The translations under genes were made by a program, and so were the position numbers. From a virus, in the IMG/VR virus record IMGVR_UViG_3300025828_004167, positions 8,805 through 72,804 of that record: DNA of 64,000 nucleotides; one strand, written 5' to 3'. How positions within the stretch are numbered: the stretch's first letter is position 1; each line of letters begins with the position of its first letter. Under the pieces are notes generated by a model, which saw nothing but the letters and a program-made list of their open reading frames with translations, searched no databases and had not been told where the DNA came from. This document shows, in pieces, positions 53,691 to 62,372 of the stretch.

Positions 53691-55918
53691 TAACTAAAAA
53701 ATCCTTTTATTTTAGAAATCAAGTCAGTGAACTTTCTTCCTATGTTACTTACATCCTTGTACACACCCTGCAGTTCGGTAACGAGTTTCTGTGCCTCACT
53801 GAAGGTTTTTACTTCAGATGTAGTGCCGTCTTTTGATAACACAACAGATGTGGGCACAGGGTTAGATATAGTCACTCCTTGATTGTTAAATCTTGTTATC
53901 TGTAATACGTTGGTGTATTTGCCGTCCGAGAAATTGTGTTCCACTCCGATCACCCTGTACAGTCCGCTGAACTCGGCCGACTGATCACTCTGGAGGTCAT
54001 ACACCCCTGTCCTGTCATTGAGATCTGTGGGCATCCTGAAATTCAGGAGCACGATGGGTTCCGCCACGTCGGGATTGTAGCAACGGAACTCATCGTTCCA
54101 TATCCTGTTCCTGGCACTCTGCCAGTAGTCCATGTCTGTGTCCCTGTGTATGCGTTTGGTACCAAATAATTCAGGACTCACTGGTATGAACTGGCTCTGT
54201 CCCAGCCATGCGGGATCGCCCAGTATCTCCATCCTGATGTTGACCATGTCCGCCAACGGGTGTGTCAACGTGTCAAGGAACGCGTCCAGTTCTGTGGGCG
54301 TGCCTCCGGTCTTGCCCGTGCCCGGGCTGGAGAATATGGTGGACTCGGTCTTCAGTAGTAGATTGCCATCTCCGAAATGTTCTTGTGCCGTCGTCCCTCC
54401 CGTGGGCTGACCCCTGACATTCTCCACCGTGTTCTTCCTGGTGTTGGTGGCCTGCACGTCCTTGAGTGCGCCTTGGTAATAAGCCACCCTGTAGTTGATG
54501 TTTAGGTCCAACACATCCACGTTGTCGCCCGTGAATATGTAGTTGTAGGTCTTGAACACGAAGTTCTTGAAGTTCTTTCCTGTGCTCACCCCTGGTATGG
54601 ACAACGAGTAGGCGTGTATCTTGTAGGGCTCTATGGTGAACTTGATTATCTTGGGATTGGTCGCACGTTTCAAATCAAAATTGCTGTCGTCGGGTATCAC
54701 ACTGGATTTTATCCTGAAGTATTTGAAATAGAATTCCTCGGCTTGTTCCAGCACCGCCTGTGCGCCACCCTTGAACTGTGCCAGGCCCAACTCCCTGGAT
54801 GCTTTCTGTCGGAACTCTTTGTATTTCTTTTCAGTGAAATCCGGATGTCCCTTCATTATCTCCTCGAGTACCTTGATGATGTTGTTTCCTGTGTTGACCT
54901 TCATGAATTCCACCGGAACGTCTCCTGTGTCCACCACACCAACCACCTCGGTCTGTTGCTTGTACATTCCTGTCTGATCTATGCTACTGACATCGAATGT
55001 CTTCTCAGGATTGAGATCCTCGTGTATGGAAATCTGATACTTGTCTGGTATACCGATCTTGCCCGCCGCTCGATCATCCTCCGCCCCTTGGTTCATGAGG
55101 TCCTCCAGCGCTTTGACAACATCCGCGACGGTCTTGCCCTGTGGGTAGAGACTGCCCGACGTCTTCAACTCCGTGTAGGTGTTGACGAACCCGAACTCGT
55201 TGTAGGGTATGGCCTTGACCGTGTAAACGGTGCCCGCTTGATTTACATCCATCTGCATGTCTATGATCTTGATCGGTATCACACGCTTGGTGGCATCCTT
55301 GCCAAATTGATTTATCACGCGCGACTGCTCGTCAAAACCTCGGAACTCCACCGTTAACAGATAGGGTGCGTCTAAGTGATCTAGATAATTGTTGTTGATG
55401 GCCGCCCCACGAATCCTCTCCAGGAGCGTAATGCCATAGGGCTCAACTATCTCCATGGTTATGTCAGTGACCGAAGTTAACCTGCGTTTCTCGTTCAATC
55501 CCGGTAGGGAGTTCATAATCACACTCTTGATGTATAAGTCTCTGTTCTGGCTGAGTACATTCCTGCTCTTGTCTACGGCGCCTTTTAATCGTTCGTTCTC
55601 GTTTATAATCTTTTTGTTATCAACATTAATATCAGCTCTGTCTTGGTTCTCGTTAGCACCTATGCCCGAGCTCCTGGCTATTATGTCGTGTGGTCTGGAC
55701 TTCAACAGCGTGGCGGTGTTCTCGAGATCCTTCTTGCCCAGACCACTCAGTGTGAATAGTGTGTTGTAGGACGCGAACTCGAACAGCATGTTGGGATCCG
55801 ATATGTTGGTCACATAGGTCTCGTTAGTTTTGTTTATGGTAGATTTGTTGGGTGCTACATCGTCCGCTGTCGCGTACTGCGGCTGTTGTGCAGATGTCTT
55901 GTTAAAATGATCTGGCAT
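53690..55918 (-). CDS. Baseplate hub protein (gp27-like position)
   Basis: 742 aa; EPYG..L, ILGDP.W, FSGLYRV..VEH.FS.G; adjacent to gp5-like gene. Confidence 0.65.
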   Translation of the reverse strand: MPDHFNKTSAQQPQYATADDVAPNKSTINKTNETYVTNISDPNMLFEFASYNTLFTLSGLGKKDLENTATLLKSRPHDIIARSSGIGANENQDRADINVDNKKIINENERLKGAVDKSRNVLSQNRDLYIKSVIMNSLPGLNEKRRLTSVTDITMEIVEPYGITLLERIRGAAINNNYLDHLDAPYLLTVEFRGFDEQSRVINQFGKDATKRVIPIKIIDMQMDVNQAGTVYTVKAIPYNEFGFVNTYTELKTSGSLYPQGKTVADVVKALEDLMNQGAEDDRAAGKIGIPDKYQISIHEDLNPEKTFDVSSIDQTGMYKQQTEVVGVVDTGDVPVEFMKVNTGNNIIKVLEEIMKGHPDFTEKKYKEFRQKASRELGLAQFKGGAQAVLEQAEEFYFKYFRIKSSVIPDDSNFDLKRATNPKIIKFTIEPYKIHAYSLSIPGVSTGKNFKNFVFKTYNYIFTGDNVDVLDLNINYRVAYYQGALKDVQATNTRKNTVENVRGQPTGGTTAQEHFGDGNLLLKTESTIFSSPGTGKTGGTPTELDAFLDTLTHPLADMVNIRMEILGDPAWLGQSQFIPVSPELFGTKRIHRDTDMDYWQSARNRIWNDEFRCYNPDVAEPIVLLNFRMPTDLNDRTGVYDLQSDQSAEFSGLYRVIGVEHNFSDGKYTNVLQITRFNNQGVTISNPVPTSVVLSKDGTTSEVKTFSEAQKLVTELQGVYKDVSNIGRKFTDLISKIKGFFS

Positions 55919-55921
55919 GAT

Positions 55922-56221
55922 CTAAATCCCTAGATCTTTGAGCAGATTGTCTTTCTTGGGCAACTGAACCGTCACTCCTGGTTTGAAGTCATAGATCGGA
56001 TCCTCTATCTGGTCTGGATTCCTCTGAGCGAACACCCACCAAAGCCTCGGTGATCCATATAAGTCATAGGCCAACAGATCTGGTCTGTAAGCGTAGGTTC
56101 TCTCAATGGTGTAAGATTGATCATCCTGCTCTGCTGTTATGGTCCTAGGATTCATTATGTCTAGATAGTTCGATATTTCACGTGTCTCGAAGTACGGCGA
56201 AGTGTTTGAATATTTGGCCAT
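55922..56221 (-). CDS. Baseplate gp53-like / LysM-type protein
   Basis: RPDLLAYDLYG..LWWVFA..N. Confidence 0.8.
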   Translation of the reverse strand: MAKYSNTSPYFETREISNYLDIMNPRTITAEQDDQSYTIERTYAYRPDLLAYDLYGSPRLWWVFAQRNPDQIEDPIYDFKPGVTVQLPKKDNLLKDLGI

Positions 56222-57048
56222 TAGATAAATCCTACCTCGCTACTGCCTTTGCCATTCAACTCACCCCTGACGAATTTCTTCATCGAGAAGTTTTTGATCG
56301 AATCTCTGCTGTATATTGGTGTGATCAAAACAGATATGTTAGAAAGTGTTGGAGCCCACGACTGTGAATCACCCTCGGCGTTCATAAAGAATCCTGCGTC
56401 CGCACCTGACAACTGTTTGTAAGGTGTATTAGTCTGTTTAGTCGAAATATAGTCTATGCCCGGTCTCAATTCAACGTTAAAAGAGTTGATCACCACCGGT
56501 ATCTTGTTGAACATGTGATCACCATAACCATAAAGGTGCATGATAGGTGGTGGGTTACCTTTCAACCCATCACCGTCGTCGTTGCCGAAAAACATTTTAG
56601 TCGCCGTCCTTAGAAAATTAACGGTGGCCACCCAATGTTTTGCGTCTTCACTGTTCTGCACAGGAAACTCTCCTATGATGTTCATCTGATCCACTTGTGA
56701 ATTTTGGTAAGCATAGTGTGGGTAATTGCTGTGGACCTGATCCATGGTGTTGTAGTTCGCAGAATGTTGTATCACGACTGCCGGTGTCAATGGCCAGAAA
56801 ATACCACGCGATTCAGCCAGTGGTGTCATCAGGGGATTGTTGTCAAAATCAAAGAACTTCTGTAATGGTGATGCTTCCGGCACTTGTAGCCTAACGCGCC
56901 AGTCGGTCTTGTCGTTCCTGCCCGACCACTTAGCCCTGGCCTGCACCAGTCTGGAATCTGTAGAAATACCAGCACCCGTGAGCCTGCTCAGGGTCTTGTT
57001 GAAGAAACTACCTGCTACGTTCTTTATTATTCCACCTAGTGTCGCCAT
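56221..57048 (-). CDS. Baseplate-tail tube junction/initiator-like protein
   Basis: WPLTP, HSNY, GNPPPI..L.GYG, IPVVI; first gene of baseplate operon. Confidence 0.6.
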   Translation of the reverse strand: MATLGGIIKNVAGSFFNKTLSRLTGAGISTDSRLVQARAKWSGRNDKTDWRVRLQVPEASPLQKFFDFDNNPLMTPLAESRGIFWPLTPAVVIQHSANYNTMDQVHSNYPHYAYQNSQVDQMNIIGEFPVQNSEDAKHWVATVNFLRTATKMFFGNDDGDGLKGNPPPIMHLYGYGDHMFNKIPVVINSFNVELRPGIDYISTKQTNTPYKQLSGADAGFFMNAEGDSQSWAPTLSNISVLITPIYSRDSIKNFSMKKFVRGELNGKGSSEVGFI

Positions 57049-57058
57049 GTATTATAGG

Positions 57059-57087
57059 TTGCTTTCCTTTGTAAAATTTCGTATACT
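57059..57087 (+). promoter_or_regulatory. Sigma70-type promoter TTGCTT-17-TATACT for gp55-47-46
   Basis: -35 at 57059-57064, -10 at 57082-57087. Confidence 0.55.
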
Positions 57088-57094
57088 TTAACTA

Positions 57095-57102
57095 TATTTA
57101 TA
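57095..57102 (-). promoter_or_regulatory. T4-type late promoter TATAAATA for baseplate operon
   Basis: Exact consensus; AAAGGA RBS lies between it and ATG 57048. Confidence 0.7.
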
Positions 57103-57202
57103 GGCACAATTTTAGGCGCACTTAATTACTCTAGCGGCACGATTCTAACCGACCTGTTTGTGGTCACTTTGCAGTACATTTTAATATAAAGCGAAAGAAT
57201 TT

Positions 57203-58183
57203 ATGAAAAGAGTCAAGTACCTAAACAACCGAGATCTACTGGCACAGATACACGCCAGCAAGAACACCTATTGCTCGTATGTCACGCCCGAAGATGCGCA
57301 GTACGATATCATCGTGCCCAATCTGAAGAAGATCAACACCAGGAGCATAGCAGAGGCCAAGAAGATCAAAGCCAAGCGCCTCACACAGGAGGCCTGGGAG
57401 CAGGCCAAGGCGGCGGGCATGAAAAAAATCAAACTGGCGGACTACACTGTGTCACCCCGGAAGATCGACAAGACGGAACTGGTGTTCCGTGTGATGATGT
57501 TCGATCACGTGCCCATGGACGACACACGTAAGAAGAACCCTAAGCAGACAGCAGACCATCACAGCAAGGTCAACTTCCCACCATTCCAACACTACAGACT
57601 GGACAAGAAGGGCAAACTTGTATGTGTTGGAAAATCACACTGGGTGGGCGGAATGAGTAATGGTCACTTCTCCGCGGACCATGGTAAGATGACCAACCAA
57701 CTGGCCTTGATGTACATGAAACTGTGTGAGAGGTATGGCACCCGAGCTAACTGGAGGGGCTACACATACAACGACGAGATGCAGTCACAGGCACTGATGC
57801 AGTTAAGTCAGATCGGATTACAATTTGATGAGTCAAAATCAGACAACCCTTTCGCATACTACACTGCGGCTATAACGAACAGTTTCACACGTATATTGAA
57901 CATAGAAAAGAAGAACCAGGCCATCAGAGACGACCTGTTGGAGTTCAATGGCATGATGCCGAGCTTCACCAGACAGAACGAGAACGAGACCACAGGTCCT
58001 TCGTACAAGAAAAAAATGAAGACCGCACACGGCGAGGTTCTACAAGTGAACAAAACAGGGATCGCTAAACTGAACAAGGTCCTAAAGAAAAAAGGTAAAC
58101 TGGAATCGTCAGATTTTGAAACTGTGAATTCCAGGAAAGTAGACATGACCAACCACAAACCCGTAGTGAAGAAGAAATGGTAA
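57203..58183 (+). CDS. gp55: Late-transcription sigma factor, gp55-like
   Basis: YLNNRDLL, NWRGYTY.DEM, FDESKSDNPFAYYT...F.RIL..EKK.Q; upstream of gp47-gp46 as in T4-like phages. Confidence 0.85.
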   Translation: MKRVKYLNNRDLLAQIHASKNTYCSYVTPEDAQYDIIVPNLKKINTRSIAEAKKIKAKRLTQEAWEQAKAAGMKKIKLADYTVSPRKIDKTELVFRVMMFDHVPMDDTRKKNPKQTADHHSKVNFPPFQHYRLDKKGKLVCVGKSHWVGGMSNGHFSADHGKMTNQLALMYMKLCERYGTRANWRGYTYNDEMQSQALMQLSQIGLQFDESKSDNPFAYYTAAITNSFTRILNIEKKNQAIRDDLLEFNGMMPSFTRQNENETTGPSYKKKMKTAHGEVLQVNKTGIAKLNKVLKKKGKLESSDFETVNSRKVDMTNHKPVVKKKW

Positions 58184-58186
58184 CCC

Positions 58187-59212
58187 ATGGCATTCTTTAA
58201 AAAGGTAGCCTGCTTCACTGACATACACTTTGGTCTCAAGGGCAACAGTCGTGTACACAACGACGACTGCGAATCGTTCGTGATATGGTTCATAGAACAG
58301 GCAAAGTTGCATGGTTGTGAGACCTGCATATTCCTAGGTGACTGGCACCACCACAGGTCCGCCACCAACGTTTCAACTATGAACTACACTGTGTCCAACA
58401 TAGAGAGGTTGGGCAAAGCATTTGAGAAAGTCTATGTCATAATGGGCAACCATGATCTATACTATAGGGACAAAAGAGAAATCAACTCCATGGAGTACAT
58501 CAGGAACATACCCAACATACACATCGTCAACGAGTGGTTGGTGGAGGATGATATCGCGATCATACCATGGGTGGTCGAGGACGAATGGAAACGGATCGAG
58601 AAGATGACACAGAAATATGTTTTTGGACACTTCGAACTGCCCTACTTCAAGATGAACGCCATGGTGGAGATGCCAGACACAGGCACGATACAGGCAGATC
58701 ATTTCGCGGGCTGTGGCCGGGTGTTCTCAGGACACTTTCACAAGCGACAGTACATGAAAAACATCACTTACATGGGCAACGCCTTCCCACACAACTACGC
58801 AGATGCGGGAGACGACGAGCGTGGCATGATGGTGTTGGAGTACGGTGGCGAGCCCAAGTTCATCAATTGGCCTGACATGCCTAGGTACAGGACCATAAAG
58901 ATAAGCGACCTTTTAGCGGATCCTGACAAGCACCTGAAACCAAAGATGTATGTAAGGGTCACATTAGATATCAAAATAAGTTATGAAGAGGCCAACTTCA
59001 TAAGGGAGACCTTCATAGACAAATACCAGTTAAGAGAACTACAACTGATACCAGAACAGATCGATGCCGCACAGCAACCACAGGTAGAGATACAGAAGTT
59101 TGACAGTGTGGACCAGATTGTTATAAAACAACTACAAGGAGTGGATTCGGAGGTGTATGACAAGAACATACTCACCGCGATCTACAATGATCTAGATGTC
59201 GAGAATCAGTAA
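58187..59212 (+). CDS. gp47: Recombination nuclease gp47 (Mre11/SbcD-like)
   Basis: TDIHFG, LGDWHH, GNHD, GHFE, SGHFH. Confidence 0.93.
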   Translation: MAFFKKVACFTDIHFGLKGNSRVHNDDCESFVIWFIEQAKLHGCETCIFLGDWHHHRSATNVSTMNYTVSNIERLGKAFEKVYVIMGNHDLYYRDKREINSMEYIRNIPNIHIVNEWLVEDDIAIIPWVVEDEWKRIEKMTQKYVFGHFELPYFKMNAMVEMPDTGTIQADHFAGCGRVFSGHFHKRQYMKNITYMGNAFPHNYADAGDDERGMMVLEYGGEPKFINWPDMPRYRTIKISDLLADPDKHLKPKMYVRVTLDIKISYEEANFIRETFIDKYQLRELQLIPEQIDAAQQPQVEIQKFDSVDQIVIKQLQGVDSEVYDKNILTAIYNDLDVENQ

Positions 59213-59360
59213 GCGTAAATTGATAAAAGCACTAAAGGGAAACCTAGAGATGCCCGTGAACAGGAAAACACTTTTGGATCAACTGGCCAAACCTGTGACC
59301 CAGGAGGAATGGCTGAGAGGATACAGAGAATGGAGAAGGAAACAACTTGCTGACGATTAA
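59196..59360 (+). CDS. 54-aa basic hypothetical protein between gp47 and gp46
   Basis: MSRISKRKLIKALKG...WRRKQLADD; overlaps both neighbours; not in ORF track. Confidence 0.55.
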   Translation: MSRISKRKLIKALKGNLEMPVNRKTLLDQLAKPVTQEEWLRGYREWRRKQLADD

Positions 59361-61122
59361 GGAAATAACGGTCAAGAACTTTATGAGCGTGGGCAACCAG
59401 GCACAGGCTATCGACTTCTCTAACAAGAGTTTAGTGTTAGTGATAGGCGAGAACATGGATCTGGGCGGCGATGACGCAGGAGCAAGGAATGGAACAGGCA
59501 AGACGACTATTATAAACGCTCTAAGTTATGTATTTTACGGAGAGGCACTCACAAACATCAGGAGGGACAATCTGGTAAACAAGACCAACGAAAAGGGAAT
59601 GTTGGTCAGCGTAAAATTTATAAAGAACGGTGTGACCTACACTATAGAGCGTGGTCGTAAACCACAGATATTTAGATTTTACGCCAACGACATTGAACAA
59701 AAAACAGATTCCAACGAAGCACAGGGCGAGAACAGGGAAACACAGATAGAAATTAATAAACTACTAGGCATGACCCACGCTATGTTCAAGAACATAGTGG
59801 CGCTGAACACCTACACACAACCTTTCCTTAGCACCAAGCAGGCGGAACAGAGAGAGATCATAGAACAGTTATTGGGTATCACTTTGCTGTCGCAGAAGGC
59901 GGACCTATTGCGTGAGAAACAGAAGGCCACCAAGCAGTTGCTGACAGAAGAGAAGATGAGATTGGATGCCAAAGTGGCGTCCAACGAGAAGATACAGGAG
60001 TCCATAGAGAGTCTGAAGATCAGATCGTCCGCATGGACAAAACAGAAGGCACAAGACATCGAGAGTTTTAAAGAGGCAATTTCAGAACTGGAGAAAGTGG
60101 ACAGCGAGATCGAGATTGAGAAGCACAAGAAATTACAGAAACACAACGAGATGCAGACGGCATTGCGTGGACTGATGAAAGAGAAGGCGTACCATGAGGA
60201 CTCATTAACCAAGGCAGAATCAATCGTGGAGAAGACCGAGAAGGACTTGGAGTTCGCGGAAGCGGCCAAGTGTCCCACTTGCGAACAGGCACTGCATGAC
60301 GACAAGCACGAACATCTCGTTGGCAAACTTAAATCCAACCTGACAGAGAACCGTGAATACGCAGACAAACTGCGAAGTGATCTTGCAAAAATACAACAGG
60401 CCATAGATGACATAGGTGATCTAGGACAGGTTCCGGACACCTACTACGACACCATAGACGAGGCCTATAACCACAAGGGCACACTACAGGACCTGAAAAG
60501 ACAACTGGAACAGACAGAGAAGAAAGAGGATACCTACGCGGAACAGATCGCAGAATTAGAGAGCAAGGCTATACAGGAAGTGGACTACGAGAAGGCCAAC
60601 GAACTGGAAGACCTGCACAGACACCAAGACTTCTTGTACAAACTACTGACTGCTAAGGACTCGTTCATCAGGACCAGGATCATAGAACAGAACTTGACAT
60701 ATCTGAACCAGAGGTTGGCGTTCTTCCTGGGCAAGGTCAAACTGCCACACACTGTGACATTCCAATCAGATTTAACTGTGCGTATCGAGGAACTGGGCAG
60801 GGAACTGGACTTTGACAACTTGAGTAGAGGTGAGAGAAACAGATTGATACTGTCATTGAGTTGGGCGTTCAGAGATGTGTGGGAAAGCCTTTATCAACAG
60901 ATCAACTTGCTGTTCATTGACGAGTTAGTGGATGCAGGCATGGACATATCAGGTGTGGAGAGTTCCATGGCGGTGCTGAAGGACATGGCAAGGACACAGC
61001 AGAAGAACATATTCCTTATATCCCACAAGGACGAATTGGTCAGCAGGGTAAACTCCGTGCTAAAAGTGGTAAAAGAGAATGGCTTTACCAATTATGCCAA
61101 CGATGTTGACATCATAGTGTAA
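59347..61122 (+). CDS. gp46: Recombination ATPase gp46 (Rad50/SbcC-like)
   Basis: KNFMSVG, NGTGKTT Walker A, CPTC zinc hook, LSRGE, LFIDE, ISH; TTG start. Confidence 0.95.
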   Translation: MLTIKEITVKNFMSVGNQAQAIDFSNKSLVLVIGENMDLGGDDAGARNGTGKTTIINALSYVFYGEALTNIRRDNLVNKTNEKGMLVSVKFIKNGVTYTIERGRKPQIFRFYANDIEQKTDSNEAQGENRETQIEINKLLGMTHAMFKNIVALNTYTQPFLSTKQAEQREIIEQLLGITLLSQKADLLREKQKATKQLLTEEKMRLDAKVASNEKIQESIESLKIRSSAWTKQKAQDIESFKEAISELEKVDSEIEIEKHKKLQKHNEMQTALRGLMKEKAYHEDSLTKAESIVEKTEKDLEFAEAAKCPTCEQALHDDKHEHLVGKLKSNLTENREYADKLRSDLAKIQQAIDDIGDLGQVPDTYYDTIDEAYNHKGTLQDLKRQLEQTEKKEDTYAEQIAELESKAIQEVDYEKANELEDLHRHQDFLYKLLTAKDSFIRTRIIEQNLTYLNQRLAFFLGKVKLPHTVTFQSDLTVRIEELGRELDFDNLSRGERNRLILSLSWAFRDVWESLYQQINLLFIDELVDAGMDISGVESSMAVLKDMARTQQKNIFLISHKDELVSRVNSVLKVVKENGFTNYANDVDIIV

Positions 61123-61131
61123 TTTTTCCTA

Positions 61132-61161
61132 TTGACAAAACCACATCATACGTGCTTTAAT
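61132..61161 (+). promoter_or_regulatory. Sigma70-type promoter TTGACA-18-TTTAAT with TG
   Basis: Upstream of Hc1-like gene; AAGGA RBS at 61201. Confidence 0.6.
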
Positions 61162-61213
61162 TAAGACGACGTTAATTAATGTTATCGTACGACAACAAGA
61201 AAGGACGTAAATT

Positions 61214-61408
61214 ATGTCAAATGAAACACATGAACAGATCATGACAGAGATACAGACTTACTCAGAAGAGAATGGTAAGTTCGTAGACAAGGGTGTAAAA
61301 GCATCGGCGACAAGGGCCAGAAAGGCACTTGCCAACCTTGCTAAATTGATCAAAGCAAGAAGAAAAGAGATTCAAGAAGTCAAGAACGCCGCAAAAGAGT
61401 CAGCGTAA
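61214..61408 (+). CDS. Histone H1-like Hc1-family small protein
   Basis: KF..KG.KASATRARKAL..L.KL.K..RKE. Confidence 0.75.
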   Translation: MSNETHEQIMTEIQTYSEENGKFVDKGVKASATRARKALANLAKLIKARRKEIQEVKNAAKESA

Positions 61409-61436
61409 TCGATCATTGGATTTTGCAAAACCATTA

Positions 61437-61468
61437 GACCCCCGGCTAGAGATAGTTGGGGGTTTTTT
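61437..61468 (+). terminator. Rho-independent terminator
   Basis: ACCCCCGGCTA-GAGA-TAGTTGGGGGT stem with G-U pairs, then T-tract; between convergent genes. Confidence 0.8.
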
Positions 61469-61874
61469 ACGACTTGAGGATTCCTTTACCGTGAACACGC
61501 ACACGGATGTGTCCGTTGTAGTAGTCATTTGATTCTAGAACTTTGCGTGCGAACTGTTCTCGTGCTTCTATATAAGAAAGTTCTGCTTTGGAATAACAGT
61601 AGAATAGTATCTCTCTAATGAATTTTTCCTTACCAAGTTTTAATACATCTGCTGAAAGTTCGTCACTACTTCCGTAGTAGTCCTGCCAATCCGAGTCCAC
61701 CTTGTACCTACGCTTGTTCTTCCTGCCTTTAAGCGGTGGTCTCGATCTCTTGAATCTGGCCAACTTCTTGCCGATGTACATCCTGCCGTTGGTGGTGTTG
61801 GTTATCTGATACACGAATCCCACCACGTCCTCAGGTAGGCTGGTAATTTCATTTCCTTGGTACTGCCAATTCAT
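61467..61874 (-). CDS. GIY-YIG endonuclease
   Basis: GFVYQITN..NGRMYIGKK, YYGSS, F.REIL, YYN; ATG 61874 lies 5 nt after TAAATA. Confidence 0.88.
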   Translation of the reverse strand: MNWQYQGNEITSLPEDVVGFVYQITNTTNGRMYIGKKLARFKRSRPPLKGRKNKRRYKVDSDWQDYYGSSDELSADVLKLGKEKFIREILFYCYSKAELSYIEAREQFARKVLESNDYYNGHIRVRVHGKGILKS

Positions 61875-61897
61875 TGTGGTATTTAAAGCCAAAAATA

Positions 61898-61926
61898 TTG
61901 ACCATCAAAGAAAACTCGTATAAACA
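61898..61926 (+). promoter_or_regulatory. Candidate promoter for the non-coding region
   Basis: TTGACC at 61898 with TATAAA at 15 nt or TAAACA at 17 nt; imperfect. Confidence 0.4.
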
Positions 61927-61929
61927 AGT

Positions 61930-62352
61930 GCGATAGGCAAACTACAACTTCTCAAAAAAATCTCATAGGCAAACATAGCATCGCAACCAGTGAGCAAGGA
62001 AATGCGGCTAACAAGCGACAGGTGAATCCTTTGATGCAAACGGCAAAAAATGATGGGGCTCTTAGAAAAAGATAATCCCCAGGTCCGCCAGGAACTATCA
62101 TACAAGGGTTTGGTGGGCTCGCGTTGTAATGAATGAGCTAACGGGTACAGCACAACCGCCCGACTACGGTAGCGATGTATGGTGACTGCGAACTCACCAC
62201 AGGGTTCAAGTCGGTTCGGCTAGAAATAGCCGAATTGTGACTGCTCATCTACCACAGGCGACGCATAAATGCGTCATTTAGTTTTACAACTGCGTAAGTT
62301 AAAAAAAGAAACGAGCGTAGCGAAGTTTCAGATGGCGTAAGCCGTCTCTGAC
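61930..62352 (+). ncRNA. Candidate large structured RNA, family unassigned (alternatively a replication-origin element)
   Basis: Within the only ~500-nt gap in a gene-dense window; 8 or more hairpins, GNRA loops and G-U pairs on + strand. Confidence 0.6.
62182..62258 (+). repeat. Two copies of GTGACTGC-N6-ACCACAGG
   Basis: 62182-62203 and 62237-62258, flanking a GAAA hairpin. Confidence 0.85.
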
Positions 62353-62372
62353 AGGTCATTAAGTACACTACA

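Noticed and set aside
47308-57048. Tailocin, eCIS or T6SS locus in a bacterial chromosome
   Set aside because: Linked gp55/gp47/gp46, TATAAATA promoters and absence of host housekeeping genes indicate a lytic T4-like phage
61467-61874. GIY-YIG as an intron-encoded homing endonuclease
   Set aside because: Free-standing, catalytic domain only, transcribed away from the structured region and not inside a split gene
61905-62153. 82-aa minus-strand ORF in the non-coding region
   Set aside because: No RBS or recognisable motif; structural signals favour the + strand
62199-62216. GGGTTCAAGTC resembling a tRNA T-loop, with nearby CACCA
   Set aside because: Flanks do not form a T-stem; no cloverleaf or acceptor stem can be built
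62182-62258. CRISPR or TIGR-type array
   Set aside because: Only two units and no cas- or Nop-domain gene in the window; kept as a repeat finding only
62054-62260. tmRNA, RNase P or group I/II intron identity for the non-coding region
   Set aside because: GGGGCT is present but there is no matching 3' acceptor/T-arm, no GGAAAGTCC, no R/S or domain V motifs, and no interrupted gene
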